Of a stretch of DNA of 32,000 nucleotides, positions 9,567-19,377 are shown in pieces; the first letter of the stretch is position 1; each line of letters starts with the position of its first letter. The stretch is from Nanobdella aerobiophila (lineage in GTDB: Archaea; Nanobdellota; Nanobdellia; Nanobdellales; Nanobdellaceae): NCBI RefSeq assembly GCF_023169545.1, contig NZ_AP019769.1:636962-668961 (forward strand). Direction: 5' to 3'. The notes beneath the pieces are model-generated. The model made no database searches and was not told where the DNA came from. It saw only the letters and a program-made list of their open reading frames with translations. The position numbers were made by a program, and so were the translations under genes.

Positions 9567-9901
9567 TAAATATTTACATAATATATTGTGCCATTTAATA
9601 TGAAAAAATCCTCTATGCCTTGATCAGTCTGATTAAGTGGAATATTATAAAAATATGTTATATTATCTATTTCCACATAATAATACGGTAATATACTGCT
9701 AACAATTTGATACAAAGAAGAATTCAACTGAATTGTATTATTCAAATCTTGATAATTTATAGAAATTAATGAAGAATATAGATCATCTTTAATATAACCC
9801 CTTGTATAATATACACTATAAAAGTTTGAGGTTAATAAGAAGTACATAATAATTATTAAAATTACCAATTCTATAAATATTGTAATATTAAATGACCTCA
9901 T
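9557..9901 (-). CDS. Small membrane-anchored/pilin-like protein
   Basis: Single N-terminal hydrophobic helix (MRSFNITIFIELVILIIIMYFLL) with an Asn/Tyr-rich exterior. Overlaps both neighbouring genes. Confidence 0.5.
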   Translation of the reverse strand: MRSFNITIFIELVILIIIMYFLLTSNFYSVYYTRGYIKDDLYSSLISINYQDLNNTIQLNSSLYQIVSSILPYYYVEIDNITYFYNIPLNQTDQGIEDFFILNGTIYYVNIYWK

Positions 9902-10278
9902 GATACTAAAACCTCAACCAGGTATAACGAATGATCATAAAAACATACTCGCCTAAATTCTATATAATTATTAGTCACATTTTCCCCATAAAAAAATTTT
10001 TGACCATTACTTAGATTTTCATATATTATTTCATATGGTTGAGAACTCAAGTTATCTATATATAAAGAATTAAAATTGTTTAAAGTTAAATTACATGTAT
10101 TATCTGTTATATAATTAGTCAAATATTCCATTATATTCCTACCGGTCATAAATTGTATATAACTGTTTTGATAATTAAAATTTATTCTATATATAAATGT
10201 CAATTTATCCAGAATTAATAAACTAGCTAAAAATATAGTTAATGATACAATTAGCAATTCAAAAAATCGATCTAGCAT
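9898..10278 (-). CDS. Small membrane-anchored/pilin-like protein
   Basis: Single N-terminal hydrophobic helix (MLDRFFELLIVSLTIFLASLLIL) with an extracellular-type domain containing potential N-glycosylation sites. First gene of a three-gene overlapping cluster. Confidence 0.5.
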   Translation of the reverse strand: MLDRFFELLIVSLTIFLASLLILDKLTFIYRINFNYQNSYIQFMTGRNIMEYLTNYITDNTCNLTLNNFNSLYIDNLSSQPYEIIYENLSNGQKFFYGENVTNNYIEFRRVCFYDHSLYLVEVLVS

Positions 10279-10320
10279 ATAAATATATATCTTATAAATA
10301 TTTTTATATATAAGATCCTT

Positions 10321-10896
10321 ATGAACTCAAAGATAGTATCATTATTAAAAGAGAATAAAAAGATAGTTACATTCAAAGCAACAAATGTTCCAATATCCAG
10401 AAAGGATTCTGAAGAAGTTGGGAGATTTATAAAATACCTCCCAATACCAAGAGCAAAGAAGTTATTAGAAGATGTACTAAGCTTTAGATTGGCCATACCT
10501 TATTATAGATATAATAAAAAACAGCCACATCATAAAAATGTATCAGGTAAGGTAAAATATGGTAGGTATCCTATAAAAACAATTAAATATTATTTGAAAT
10601 TTTTATCTTCACTAGAAAATAATGCCAAAGTATTAGGATTGGATCCAAGCAAGGTCATAATAGTATCCGTAGAGCCTTCCAAAGGTAATAAATATCCTGC
10701 CAGATTGAGAGTAACAAAATATAAAACAGGAGAGGGAGGAATAAAGAGAGTTCTTATATCAGTAAGAAAAAAAGTATCTCATATAAAGATATATGCTTTA
10801 TACATAGAGTCCATAGATACAACAAAAAAATTAAAGAAAAAGGCATTAAAAAATATTGTAAAAGAAATTATAAAAGAATGGCAGCAAAAAATATAG
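10321..10896 (+). CDS. 50S ribosomal protein L22 (uL22)
   Basis: TFKATNVPISRKDSEEVGRFIKYLPIPRAKKLLEDVL, PYYRYNKKQPHHK and GRYPIKTIKYYLKFLSSLENNAK. Confidence 0.92.
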   Translation: MNSKIVSLLKENKKIVTFKATNVPISRKDSEEVGRFIKYLPIPRAKKLLEDVLSFRLAIPYYRYNKKQPHHKNVSGKVKYGRYPIKTIKYYLKFLSSLENNAKVLGLDPSKVIIVSVEPSKGNKYPARLRVTKYKTGEGGIKRVLISVRKKVSHIKIYALYIESIDTTKKLKKKALKNIVKEIIKEWQQKI

Positions 10897-11561
10897 AAGG
10901 TGTAATAAAGGAAAAGAAAATAGAAGCTATATTGGATAGAGAAATAAAGAATGCATTAAGAGGCAAATTAATAAGTAGAGTTCATTATTTAAAAGTTTCA
11001 ATGGGAGATAAAGTCATAATATATTGTGCGAGACCTAGACTAATACTTGGAAGATCGAATGAGAACTTAGCGATGATTAGAGAAATAGCTAAAAAAATAA
11101 TAAATACAAATGACCCAATTATAGAAGTTTTACCAGTTGAGAACCCATTACTAGACTCCGAAATAGTAGCAGATCTAATAGCATCTCAAATAGAAAGATT
11201 TGGAAATAGAGCTGCTAGGAGGATAATACAGAAGATAATGGAAGAAGTCTTAAATGCTGGTGCACTAGGTATAGAAATAAGAATAACAGGAAAGGTAATA
11301 GGAGATAGATCTTCTACAATAAGAGAACAAAAAGGATATATTAAAAAATCAGGAGAATTGAATAAAATAACTGGTAAAAGTATAAGATATGCTAAACTAA
11401 CTTCCGGTACTATAGGAATACAGGTAAGGATATTAAGATCTGGAGAGTTATTACCTGATAGAATAAATATAAAGGATATATCGGAAATAAATCCCGAAGA
11501 ATTAGAAAAAATAGATCCTTCCTTACTAGAAAAATTAGCAAAGGATAATGGAGAACACTGA
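10878..11561 (+). CDS. 30S ribosomal protein S3 (uS3)
   Basis: KH-domain region VIIYCARPRLILGRSNENLAMI, plus ERFGNRAARRIIQKIMEEVLNAGALGIEIRITGKVIGDRSSTIREQKGYIKKSG. Confidence 0.95.
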   Translation: MAAKNIEGVIKEKKIEAILDREIKNALRGKLISRVHYLKVSMGDKVIIYCARPRLILGRSNENLAMIREIAKKIINTNDPIIEVLPVENPLLDSEIVADLIASQIERFGNRAARRIIQKIMEEVLNAGALGIEIRITGKVIGDRSSTIREQKGYIKKSGELNKITGKSIRYAKLTSGTIGIQVRILRSGELLPDRINIKDISEINPEELEKIDPSLLEKLAKDNGEH

Positions 11562-12468
11562 ATGTATAGCCTTTTATAAACTATTTTTGACGAAGAATAT
11601 AAATACAGATGGACGCCTCGTTTTAAACCTATCTCAGTATCTCTGTTATATATTTAATAATGATATATACAAAATAATGGATAAAATTGAAAAATTTGAT
11701 TTAGACGTCCTCATAGGTCACTTTAAAGATATTAGAGAGAATATCGAACAAATAAAGAGAATAATTAAAGATAAATATCCAGGTGAGGAGGCTGCAGAAG
11801 TATTAGAAACAAAATTAGAAGGATATGGATTAGAAGCTCTCAAAAGATCATTAAATTATGGGAAAAAGGTTTGTTTAACAGATATCCTAAATAAGCATTA
11901 TAATCTAAACCTATATGCACACTCTAATATTGAATTTATAATAGAAAAAGTCTTAGAGAGTGAAAAAACAAATATCTTTATAGAAACAAAAAGAGAAAAT
12001 GAAGAATACATAAGATATATAAAGGTAAACAAGGAACTTTTAGAAGTTTCGACACAAAAAAAATCTTTTAGTTATATAAATAAATATAAATTACCAAGAA
12101 AAGAATTTCTAGATAATGAAACTTCTTTTATTATATCTATATTTTTATACTATAAAGGCATAAAACCTCCCGAGTATATAAATGATATGGCAATAAAATA
12201 TATAAAAGAAAATAATATATCCAAAGCATTGATTTGCATTTATAATAATAAAGATTATAAATCTCTAAAAAATAAAAGAGTCTTAATAGAAGACATCAAT
12301 ACACATATTAAAGTAATAGATATAATAAGAACATATGAAAAGATTATCAATGGTATATATCGTTTTTTGGAGGATAATCTATCAACCATTAAAAAAATAT
12401 CAACAGAGGAAATAGAGGAAAAACAAAAAACAATAGAATATTATCTATATTCAATGCGAGAAGGTTAA
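11548..12468 (+). CDS. Conserved-looking protein of unknown function, translationally overlapping uS3
   Basis: 306-aa ORF overlapping the uS3 stop by 14 nt and running into the convergent apgM end. No recognised motif. Confidence 0.6.
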   Translation: MENTECIAFYKLFLTKNINTDGRLVLNLSQYLCYIFNNDIYKIMDKIEKFDLDVLIGHFKDIRENIEQIKRIIKDKYPGEEAAEVLETKLEGYGLEALKRSLNYGKKVCLTDILNKHYNLNLYAHSNIEFIIEKVLESEKTNIFIETKRENEEYIRYIKVNKELLEVSTQKKSFSYINKYKLPRKEFLDNETSFIISIFLYYKGIKPPEYINDMAIKYIKENNISKALICIYNNKDYKSLKNKRVLIEDINTHIKVIDIIRTYEKIINGIYRFLEDNLSTIKKISTEEIEEKQKTIEYYLYSMREG

Positions 12469-13700
12469 GATCCGTACATAATATATTTTCCTAATTTATC
12501 AAGATATATTTTTATTATATCTGTTCCTTTTAATCTTCCTAAAGTACCTTTTACACACTTTCTTTCAGAAAAATTCTTTACAAACCCATATCTATTATTT
12601 TCATAATTTAATATTACTGGAACAGGATCCGAAATATGTCTACCAAGTATTGATGATGTAGAGTGATCTCCCGTAATCAATATTAGATCAAAGTTATCAA
12701 CCAGCTTTGGTATTAATTCTCTATCTATTCTTTCTATAAACTTCTTTTTTTCCAGTGGTTTCTTATCATGAGATAAAGAATCTGTTCCTTTTATGTGTAT
12801 AAATACAATATCATATTTTTCCTTTAAACTGACTGCAGCTTCAGAAAAAGAGAATAAATTTTCATTTGATGTACCATTTGTACCTAGTGGTTTATATGTA
12901 TCCATCCCAACATATTTAGCCACACCCAGATACATTGGAGGATTTGCTAGGAATATAGATTTCACTCCATATCTATTATAAAATTTGTCTTCTTTATCTA
13001 GTTCTTTATATTTCGACGCAGATCTTATCAATAAATAATTTATAACTGGAATATTCTTTTCTTTTCTCATTTTATTTATATTGTTGTTATTGGCAAAACT
13101 ATTAAAATCCTGTATCAATTTATTTAATACTTCTGCAGTTTCTTTAGCTTTATCTTCTTTATATAATATTTTAGGTACCTTTACATTTTCTTCATGTAAA
13201 TCATTATCTGTAACTTTTTCAGATTCTAACCCCCTTATAACTAGTACTCCTCTATGTTCTACACCATGCTTTATTATAATATTTATCCCATATTCTTTCT
13301 CTATTTTTTCTTTTATAGATTCAAAATCTTTTAATAACTCTTCCAGTCCAAAATCATTTCTACCAATTCTTCTATCTATAATTACACCATTATCTACAGT
13401 TGAAAAATCTAATCTAAAAGCTATATCGCCTTCTTTTAACTCAATATCCGATCCTAAAGCTTCGAATATGCCTCTGCCTCTATAATATTTCTCTACTTCA
13501 TAACCAAATAATGATAGATGACCAGTATCACTACCTGGAACCAAACCTGGCCCAACTGTATCTAGAACACCTGCTTCAGAATATTTAATCAATTTATCAA
13601 TATTCTCTTTTTTTGCGGCTTCTAAAGGTGTTTTATTATTTAACTGCTTATTTACTTGATCACCCAATCCATCTAATATAATAAATACTCCATTTACCAT
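12465..13700 (-). CDS. apgM: Archaeal-type 2,3-bisphosphoglycerate-independent phosphoglycerate mutase
   Basis: GVFIILDGLGDQ, GPGLVPGSDTGHLSLFGYEVEKYYRGRGIFEALG, HIKGTDSLSHDKKPLEKKKFIERID and LILITGDHSTSSILGRHISDPVPV. Confidence 0.93.
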   Translation of the reverse strand: MVNGVFIILDGLGDQVNKQLNNKTPLEAAKKENIDKLIKYSEAGVLDTVGPGLVPGSDTGHLSLFGYEVEKYYRGRGIFEALGSDIELKEGDIAFRLDFSTVDNGVIIDRRIGRNDFGLEELLKDFESIKEKIEKEYGINIIIKHGVEHRGVLVIRGLESEKVTDNDLHEENVKVPKILYKEDKAKETAEVLNKLIQDFNSFANNNNINKMRKEKNIPVINYLLIRSASKYKELDKEDKFYNRYGVKSIFLANPPMYLGVAKYVGMDTYKPLGTNGTSNENLFSFSEAAVSLKEKYDIVFIHIKGTDSLSHDKKPLEKKKFIERIDRELIPKLVDNFDLILITGDHSTSSILGRHISDPVPVILNYENNRYGFVKNFSERKCVKGTLGRLKGTDIIKIYLDKLGKYIMYGS

Positions 13701-13749
13701 ATCAAAATAAAAACCTTTATTATTTATAGATATAAATATTTATAAATAT

Positions 13750-13834
13750 GCGGCGATGCCCGAGTTGGACAAAGGGGATGGACTCAAGATCCATTGGAGT
13801 AGATCCGTCAGGGGTTCAAATCCCCTTCGCCGCA
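13750..13834 (+). tRNA. tRNA-Leu(CAA)
   Basis: GCGGCGATGCCCGAGTTGGAC...ATGGACTCAAGATCCAT...GGGGTTCAAATCCCCTTCGCCGCA. Long variable arm, anticodon loop CTCAAGA, paired acceptor GCGGCGA/TCGCCGC. Confidence 0.9.
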
Positions 13835-14387
13835 TTATTATATGGACTATCATTATAGATAAATATCTCCACTCTTAACTGAAATTTTCTGCTTCTTCTA
13901 GAAAATATATTATATACCAGATTTCATATCTCCATAGAGAATTCTCAATTTACTATCTAACTATATTTTCACATTTATCAGGTACTTGAAGTATTTTTGA
14001 GTCTCCCCCAATACCCTAGCTCTACTAGTCTTACAGAATATATAGTTCATAAATTTCCTTCACACAATGTCTTCCACATATTAGCTTGTCATATATTAAA
14101 TTATAGATAATTATGCAGATTTACTTCTATATAACTACTTGTGAATAACTTCATTTATATAGATCTATTTATAAACTATTCCAGTAAGATTTATATATTT
14201 TATTTATAAATTTTTCTAATAGAAAACTTTATATTTACCAAAAGCGTATCATAATATGTCCGATTATTTTTATAGAAAATTTTATATAAAAGATATATAA
14301 AGAAAGAATTAATCATAAAAAATAAATCTTATAAAGAGTATTACCTTTCAATCATTATACGTTAAATAATATTTATTAAACCGTATA

Positions 14388-14459
14388 TGGACCCGCCGGG
14401 ATTTGAACCCGGGATCCCCGGCTTGCAAGGCCGATATCCTACCGCTAGACTACGGGCCC
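14388..14459 (-). tRNA. tRNA-Ala(UGC)
   Basis: GGGCCCGTAGTCTAGCGGTAGGATATCGGCCTTGCAAGCCGGGGATCCCGGGTTCAAATCCCGGCGGGTCCA. Anticodon loop CTTGCAA; the acceptor carries the G3:U70 alanine identity pair. Confidence 0.94.
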
Positions 14460-14501
14460 ATTATAAAAATATAAATATTTAACTTTTAAACTTATAAAAA
14501 A

Positions 14502-17246
14502 TTATGCCAAGATACATTCGGACCAGCCGCAATCTAAACAGGTAATACATCCACCCTCATGCTTTAATCTTACACTTTTACAAACAGGGCAATTATCTGT
14601 AGATATATTATCATTAAAATTATTATTATTATTTAATTCCAACTTTCTAATTTCTAAATTTATTTTTATATCCCCAATATTCATCTCTGTATACCATTTT
14701 GGTAAATCTATCTTAAAGCTTTTTAATATACTTATAGTTTTATTCTCTATTTTTCCTTCCCTAATTAACCTAAAGTAATCCTTAAATCTCGATTTTGTTG
14801 CTTCCGCAGGTGCATAATATACTTGTACAGACTTTGAACCATCTCTATATATTGTAATTCCCTTACATCCCACTTTATATGCAAATAAATAAGCTAAATA
14901 TATATCTTCAGATGTTGCCCAGCTTGGCATATTTATTGTCTTAGATATTGATGTTGTTATCCATATCTGTGCTACTGCTTGCGCTCTAATATGGTCCCAC
15001 CATGGTAGATCTAATGCTGTAATAAATATCGCCTTTAAATCATCTGGTATTGAATCTATATTATATAAACTACCTCCATTATCAGATATTTGCTTCAAAA
15101 TTTCTTCTTTATATAAACCCTTCTCCTTTAACTGTCTTTCAAATTCTATATCCACATAGAAATAATTACCTGCAGTAACTCTTTTTTCATATACTAAAGA
15201 ATATGCAGGTTCTATACCAGAAGAAGTTTCTACTAGCATAGAAATAGAACCTGTTGGTGCTATCGAAGTAACTTCTACATTTCTTATACCATTTTCCAAT
15301 ATTTCATTCCTTATCTTTTCCCAATCTAGATTCCATAATTCTTTGTGGTAATATCCATCTACTGGCATCTCTCCATCTTTATAAGATGTTTCGTTATATT
15401 TTGGAAATACACCCCTTTCCTTTGCCCTATATATAGATTCTTCCATTGAATAGTATGTTAAATATTCTGTAATTTTCATTAAGAGTCTGTATCCTTCTTC
15501 TGATGAGTAAGGTATTTTTAGAGCAAATAATGCATCAGCTAAACCCATATAACCTAATCCAACTCTTCTTACTGCCTTAGAAGATTCTTCTATCTCTTTT
15601 AATGGATATTTATTCATATCTATTACATTATCCAAAAATCTGTACGACCATCTTATAGTTTCTATATACTTATCCCAATTGAATTCCGCTTTTCCATCTT
15701 TAAATTCTATCATTGCATATAAATTAATTGATCCTAAATTACAAGACTCATATGGATATAAAGGTTGTTCTCCACATGGATTGGTTGCTCTTATTGGACC
15801 TCTATATTTATATTGCATATTTCTTTTATTTATATTATCCATAAATAAACATCCAGGATCTGCTTTTTCCCATGCTACATAAGAAATCTCCGATAATAGT
15901 TGTTTTGGATCTATATAGTTTACTATTACTTCCTTATCAACTTTATCTATATCAAAGCCTTGTTCGTCTGGAAATTTTATATTGTGTTTCCTTAATAATC
16001 TTGGATTTAATAATGGATATGGTTTATTTTCTGCCAGATAATTCCAAAAATTCGAATCAAACATTACAGATATATTAAAATTTTCTAATACTCCTTCTTT
16101 CTCTTTAGCATGTACAAACTTCATAATATCTGGATGCCAAGATTCGATTATCCCCATATTTGCACCTCTCCTTTTGCCACCTTGCTTAACTACATCTGTA
16201 ACTGTATCAATTATTTTCATAAAAGATATTGGACCTGAAGCTATTCCACCTGTGGACCCTACAACATCACCTTCAGGTCTTAATTTAGAATAATTTATTC
16301 CTATACCCCCACCTGACTTAAATATCATTGCCGCATCTGTAGCAGACTTCATAATAGAAGCCATATCATCATCTATATCCAATACAAAACATGCTGATAA
16401 TTGCCCCAATCTTGCACCGGCATTAAATAGTGTAGGTGAATTTGGCATAAATTTCTTAGAAGCCATTAAATCAAAATATTTCAGATAGTTCTCATAGTAT
16501 TGATCAAAATCTCCATTATTTAACCTTTTTATAAATTCTGACCATGAAATCTTCATATGCCCCCTCTCATTTAAATAATCATAAAGATATTTCATTCTTT
16601 CAAGATGATATTTATTCCACTTTAATTTATAAGAATTTCCTTGTTTTTTTAGCCCAATCTCTCCTTCTTCTAGATTCAATTCTTCTTTTGGTTTTATATC
16701 TTGCTTTCCAGATTTGTCATATATCCTTTCATCATACAATATATCTGGTATTACTATCAATGCTGCGACCCTTTCAAACATTTGTTTAGGTCCTTCTAAT
16801 ATTTGTAATTTCTCGTCTTTTAATAGATATCTATTTACCATTAACCTTATTGAATTCAGAGAATATTTCTTCGCTACTTCCTCTTCATAAAAGCTTCCTA
16901 ATAAATTTATTTTTTCTTTTCTTATATTCTCTTTCTCTTTTCTATAAGTTATGTATGCTTTTGCCACTTCATATAAATCAAATTTAACCAGAGTTAATTC
17001 TACAATATCTTGTATTTCTTCAACAGAAGGGATAGAATTTCCATCATATTTATTTTCTATAATATTTAATATATAATCTAATATCTTGTCTAGAGTTTCT
17101 TTATCATATCTTTTTGTCGCTCTCATAGCTTTCTCAATAGCATTATATATTCTTTTTGGATCGAATTCATCTATTCTTCCATCCCTTTTTCTAATCTTTT
17201 TTACCGATATATTTGAAAAATTTTTTTGACTAAAATTGTTTTCCAT
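14502..17246 (-). CDS. nrdJ: Adenosylcobalamin-dependent (class II) ribonucleoside-diphosphate reductase
   Basis: N-terminal ATP-cone (IRKRDGRIDEFDPKRIYNAIEKAM), RNR catalytic regions (MPNSPTLFNAG, ATNPCGEQPLYPYESCNLGSINLYAM, TSISKTINMPSWAT) and C-terminal zinc ribbon CPVCKSVRLKHEGGCITCLDCGWSEC. Confidence 0.93.
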   Translation of the reverse strand: MENNFSQKNFSNISVKKIRKRDGRIDEFDPKRIYNAIEKAMRATKRYDKETLDKILDYILNIIENKYDGNSIPSVEEIQDIVELTLVKFDLYEVAKAYITYRKEKENIRKEKINLLGSFYEEEVAKKYSLNSIRLMVNRYLLKDEKLQILEGPKQMFERVAALIVIPDILYDERIYDKSGKQDIKPKEELNLEEGEIGLKKQGNSYKLKWNKYHLERMKYLYDYLNERGHMKISWSEFIKRLNNGDFDQYYENYLKYFDLMASKKFMPNSPTLFNAGARLGQLSACFVLDIDDDMASIMKSATDAAMIFKSGGGIGINYSKLRPEGDVVGSTGGIASGPISFMKIIDTVTDVVKQGGKRRGANMGIIESWHPDIMKFVHAKEKEGVLENFNISVMFDSNFWNYLAENKPYPLLNPRLLRKHNIKFPDEQGFDIDKVDKEVIVNYIDPKQLLSEISYVAWEKADPGCLFMDNINKRNMQYKYRGPIRATNPCGEQPLYPYESCNLGSINLYAMIEFKDGKAEFNWDKYIETIRWSYRFLDNVIDMNKYPLKEIEESSKAVRRVGLGYMGLADALFALKIPYSSEEGYRLLMKITEYLTYYSMEESIYRAKERGVFPKYNETSYKDGEMPVDGYYHKELWNLDWEKIRNEILENGIRNVEVTSIAPTGSISMLVETSSGIEPAYSLVYEKRVTAGNYFYVDIEFERQLKEKGLYKEEILKQISDNGGSLYNIDSIPDDLKAIFITALDLPWWDHIRAQAVAQIWITTSISKTINMPSWATSEDIYLAYLFAYKVGCKGITIYRDGSKSVQVYYAPAEATKSRFKDYFRLIREGKIENKTISILKSFKIDLPKWYTEMNIGDIKINLEIRKLELNNNNNFNDNISTDNCPVCKSVRLKHEGGCITCLDCGWSECILA

Positions 17247-17355
17247 TCACAAGACTTTCAAAAAATCTTTATATAATTTTAATTTATAAGCTCCTATAAA
17301 TAATCAGAAACACGAATATAAAAGCTATTTTATGTTTATCTATTGATTAGTAACA

Positions 17356-17973
17356 CTAATACAAAACTTTTACATGACCTTTACATATATTTATTAATTT
17401 TACTTCTCTAGCTACATTTAAAACTTTTGCATTATTTATTATCTCCTCTAATCCACCCGTTTCATGCATATGTCCATGGATATTTAATATTACTTTATTA
17501 TTATTTTTAATAAAATTCATTAATTCTTTACTTCCAGATATATTTAATGAAGACATAGTACCAAAAGGCGGTTCATGAGATAATATAATAATATATTTAT
17601 CATTAAAATTTATAGTACTTAAGAATTTTTTAATTTCTTCTTCCTGTATCATGAATATTGGAACATCTGCCCCACCAAATGCTGCAATTAATAAATTATC
17701 TCTATATATTTTTTTCATATGCAGGTTCTTAATATTGTACTTCTCCATTAAATTAATATTATCATATGTATCATGATTACCTGGTATTATAAATATTTTA
17801 TCTTTGTTTATATGTTCTGTTAATAATTTAATAATTTTTCTATTCAGATATCCTGTATCAGAAATATCACCTAGCAAAAATATATAATCTACATTATTCT
17901 TCTTATACAATTCTATTATCTTATATATAATTCGGATATCATTATGTATATCTGATGATACAATTATATTCAT
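17356..17973 (-). CDS. Metallophosphoesterase, calcineurin-like/YfcE-type
   Basis: SSDIHNDI, LLGDISDTG, IPGNHDTYD, ILSHEPPFG and NIHGHMHETGG. Confidence 0.88.
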   Translation of the reverse strand: MNIIVSSDIHNDIRIIYKIIELYKKNNVDYIFLLGDISDTGYLNRKIIKLLTEHINKDKIFIIPGNHDTYDNINLMEKYNIKNLHMKKIYRDNLLIAAFGGADVPIFMIQEEEIKKFLSTINFNDKYIIILSHEPPFGTMSSLNISGSKELMNFIKNNNKVILNIHGHMHETGGLEEIINNAKVLNVAREVKLINICKGHVKVLY

Positions 17974-18917
17974 ATAAAAAGATTATCCTTAGTTTTTATA
18001 TATTTTATTAAATATTCTTTTAATTCTTCATAATTAGTAAAATACTTATATTTTATCTTATCTCTTATATATTGAATTATCTTATTTTCTCTATCTGTAA
18101 ACAAATCTGATTTAGAAAAATAAATAATTAATTCCTTGTCTAATATCTTTCTTATGCTCTTAAGGACATTTAACTGCTCTTTTATACTAAAACCAGATGT
18201 ACCAGTTATATCTATAACATATATTATTAAATTTGCTAGATAATTTAGTGCTAATATAGACTTTCTTTCTATATAATTTAATTCTTCTATATCTCTATCT
18301 AATATACCTGGTGTATCTATAATTTGAATCTTAAAATATGGGGTATCTATATATCCCAGCATTAAATCTTTTGTAGTAAAAGGATATTGATCAATTTTTA
18401 CTTTAGAACCTGTTAAATTCTTTAATAAGGTACTTTTACCAACATTTGGCAAACCTGCAATAACAACAGTTGGGTAGTTCTTAATATCTGGTAAATTACT
18501 CCTAAATTTTTCATAATTCTTATAATAATTAAATATTTTTTTATTTCTCTTAATAATACTTGATATTCTACCATAATATTCTTTCAAATATTTATAAGAT
18601 TGCTCTCTATCTTTTATATTTCTTAATTTCTTATTATATTCTTTAAATATATTCCTAATAAATTTCCTTAAATAACCAATTCTTGACCTTAGTTTTTTAA
18701 TATTTATTTCTGGCATAATTAATGAATATAACTCCTCATAAAATTTATTAGAAGGATCTATAATATTATTATATATTTTTTCTAATCTTGAATCTAAATA
18801 TTGATAAACAACTTCTGCTTTTTTTATATTTCTTTCTCTAAAATCATATATTGATAAGGTATCTCTCTTCGCTCTTCTAAATGCATTACCTAAAAATTCT
18901 TCAAAAAAACTATGCAT
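17970..18917 (-). CDS. NOG1-family GTP-binding protein
   Basis: G1 AGLPNVGKSTLLKNLTG, G2/G3 QYPFTTKDLMLGYI...QIIDTPGILDRDIEELNYIE, G4 FSKSDL, with an N-terminal helical region typical of NOG1. Confidence 0.87.
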   Translation of the reverse strand: MHSFFEEFLGNAFRRAKRDTLSIYDFRERNIKKAEVVYQYLDSRLEKIYNNIIDPSNKFYEELYSLIMPEINIKKLRSRIGYLRKFIRNIFKEYNKKLRNIKDREQSYKYLKEYYGRISSIIKRNKKIFNYYKNYEKFRSNLPDIKNYPTVVIAGLPNVGKSTLLKNLTGSKVKIDQYPFTTKDLMLGYIDTPYFKIQIIDTPGILDRDIEELNYIERKSILALNYLANLIIYVIDITGTSGFSIKEQLNVLKSIRKILDKELIIYFSKSDLFTDRENKIIQYIRDKIKYKYFTNYEELKEYLIKYIKTKDNLFI

Positions 18918-19346
18918 CTATTCTATATTTACCTTTTTTCCTGGCGTACCTGGTTTCTTATTTATCTCTATTTTTAGTACTCCATCTTCATATCTCGCCT
19001 TTATGCTATTTTCATCCGCATCTTCAGGTAATGTTATTAATCTCTGATATGCAGAAAATATTCTTTCCGATCTGATATATCCTTCCTTTTCCTCTTTCTT
19101 TTCATTTTTTCTCTTTGCATGCACCTTTAATTTATTGTTTACAATTGATATATCTATATCCTTTTTATCCACACCTGGTAAGTCCATTTCAATTAAATAT
19201 CTATCTCCCTTATCTATTAGATCCATTAATGGTTCTTCATAATCTACATTAATTTTGTTATTTATTATAGACCCCATACCTTTCATAAATCTCCTCATTA
19301 ATCTCAGTTGCCTTTTCCATTCCCTATCAAATATGTCGTCATCCAT
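18918..19346 (-). CDS. Hsp20/alpha-crystallin small heat shock protein
   Basis: LMDLIDKGDRYLIEMDLPGVDKKDIDISIVNNKLKVHAKRKNE...YEDGVLKIEINKK. Confidence 0.93.
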   Translation of the reverse strand: MDDDIFDREWKRQLRLMRRFMKGMGSIINNKINVDYEEPLMDLIDKGDRYLIEMDLPGVDKKDIDISIVNNKLKVHAKRKNEKKEEKEGYIRSERIFSAYQRLITLPEDADENSIKARYEDGVLKIEINKKPGTPGKKVNIE

Positions 19347-19377
19347 ATTTATATATTCGAAAAAATTAATTTAAGTA

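Noticed and set aside
12793-16789. Forward ORFs at 12793, 13081, 15679, 15872 and 16544
   Set aside because: Antisense to apgM and nrdJ, with no independent coding signal.
14502-17246. Possible intein in NrdJ
   Set aside because: RNR motifs run continuously at normal spacing over 914 aa, with no splicing or endonuclease motifs.
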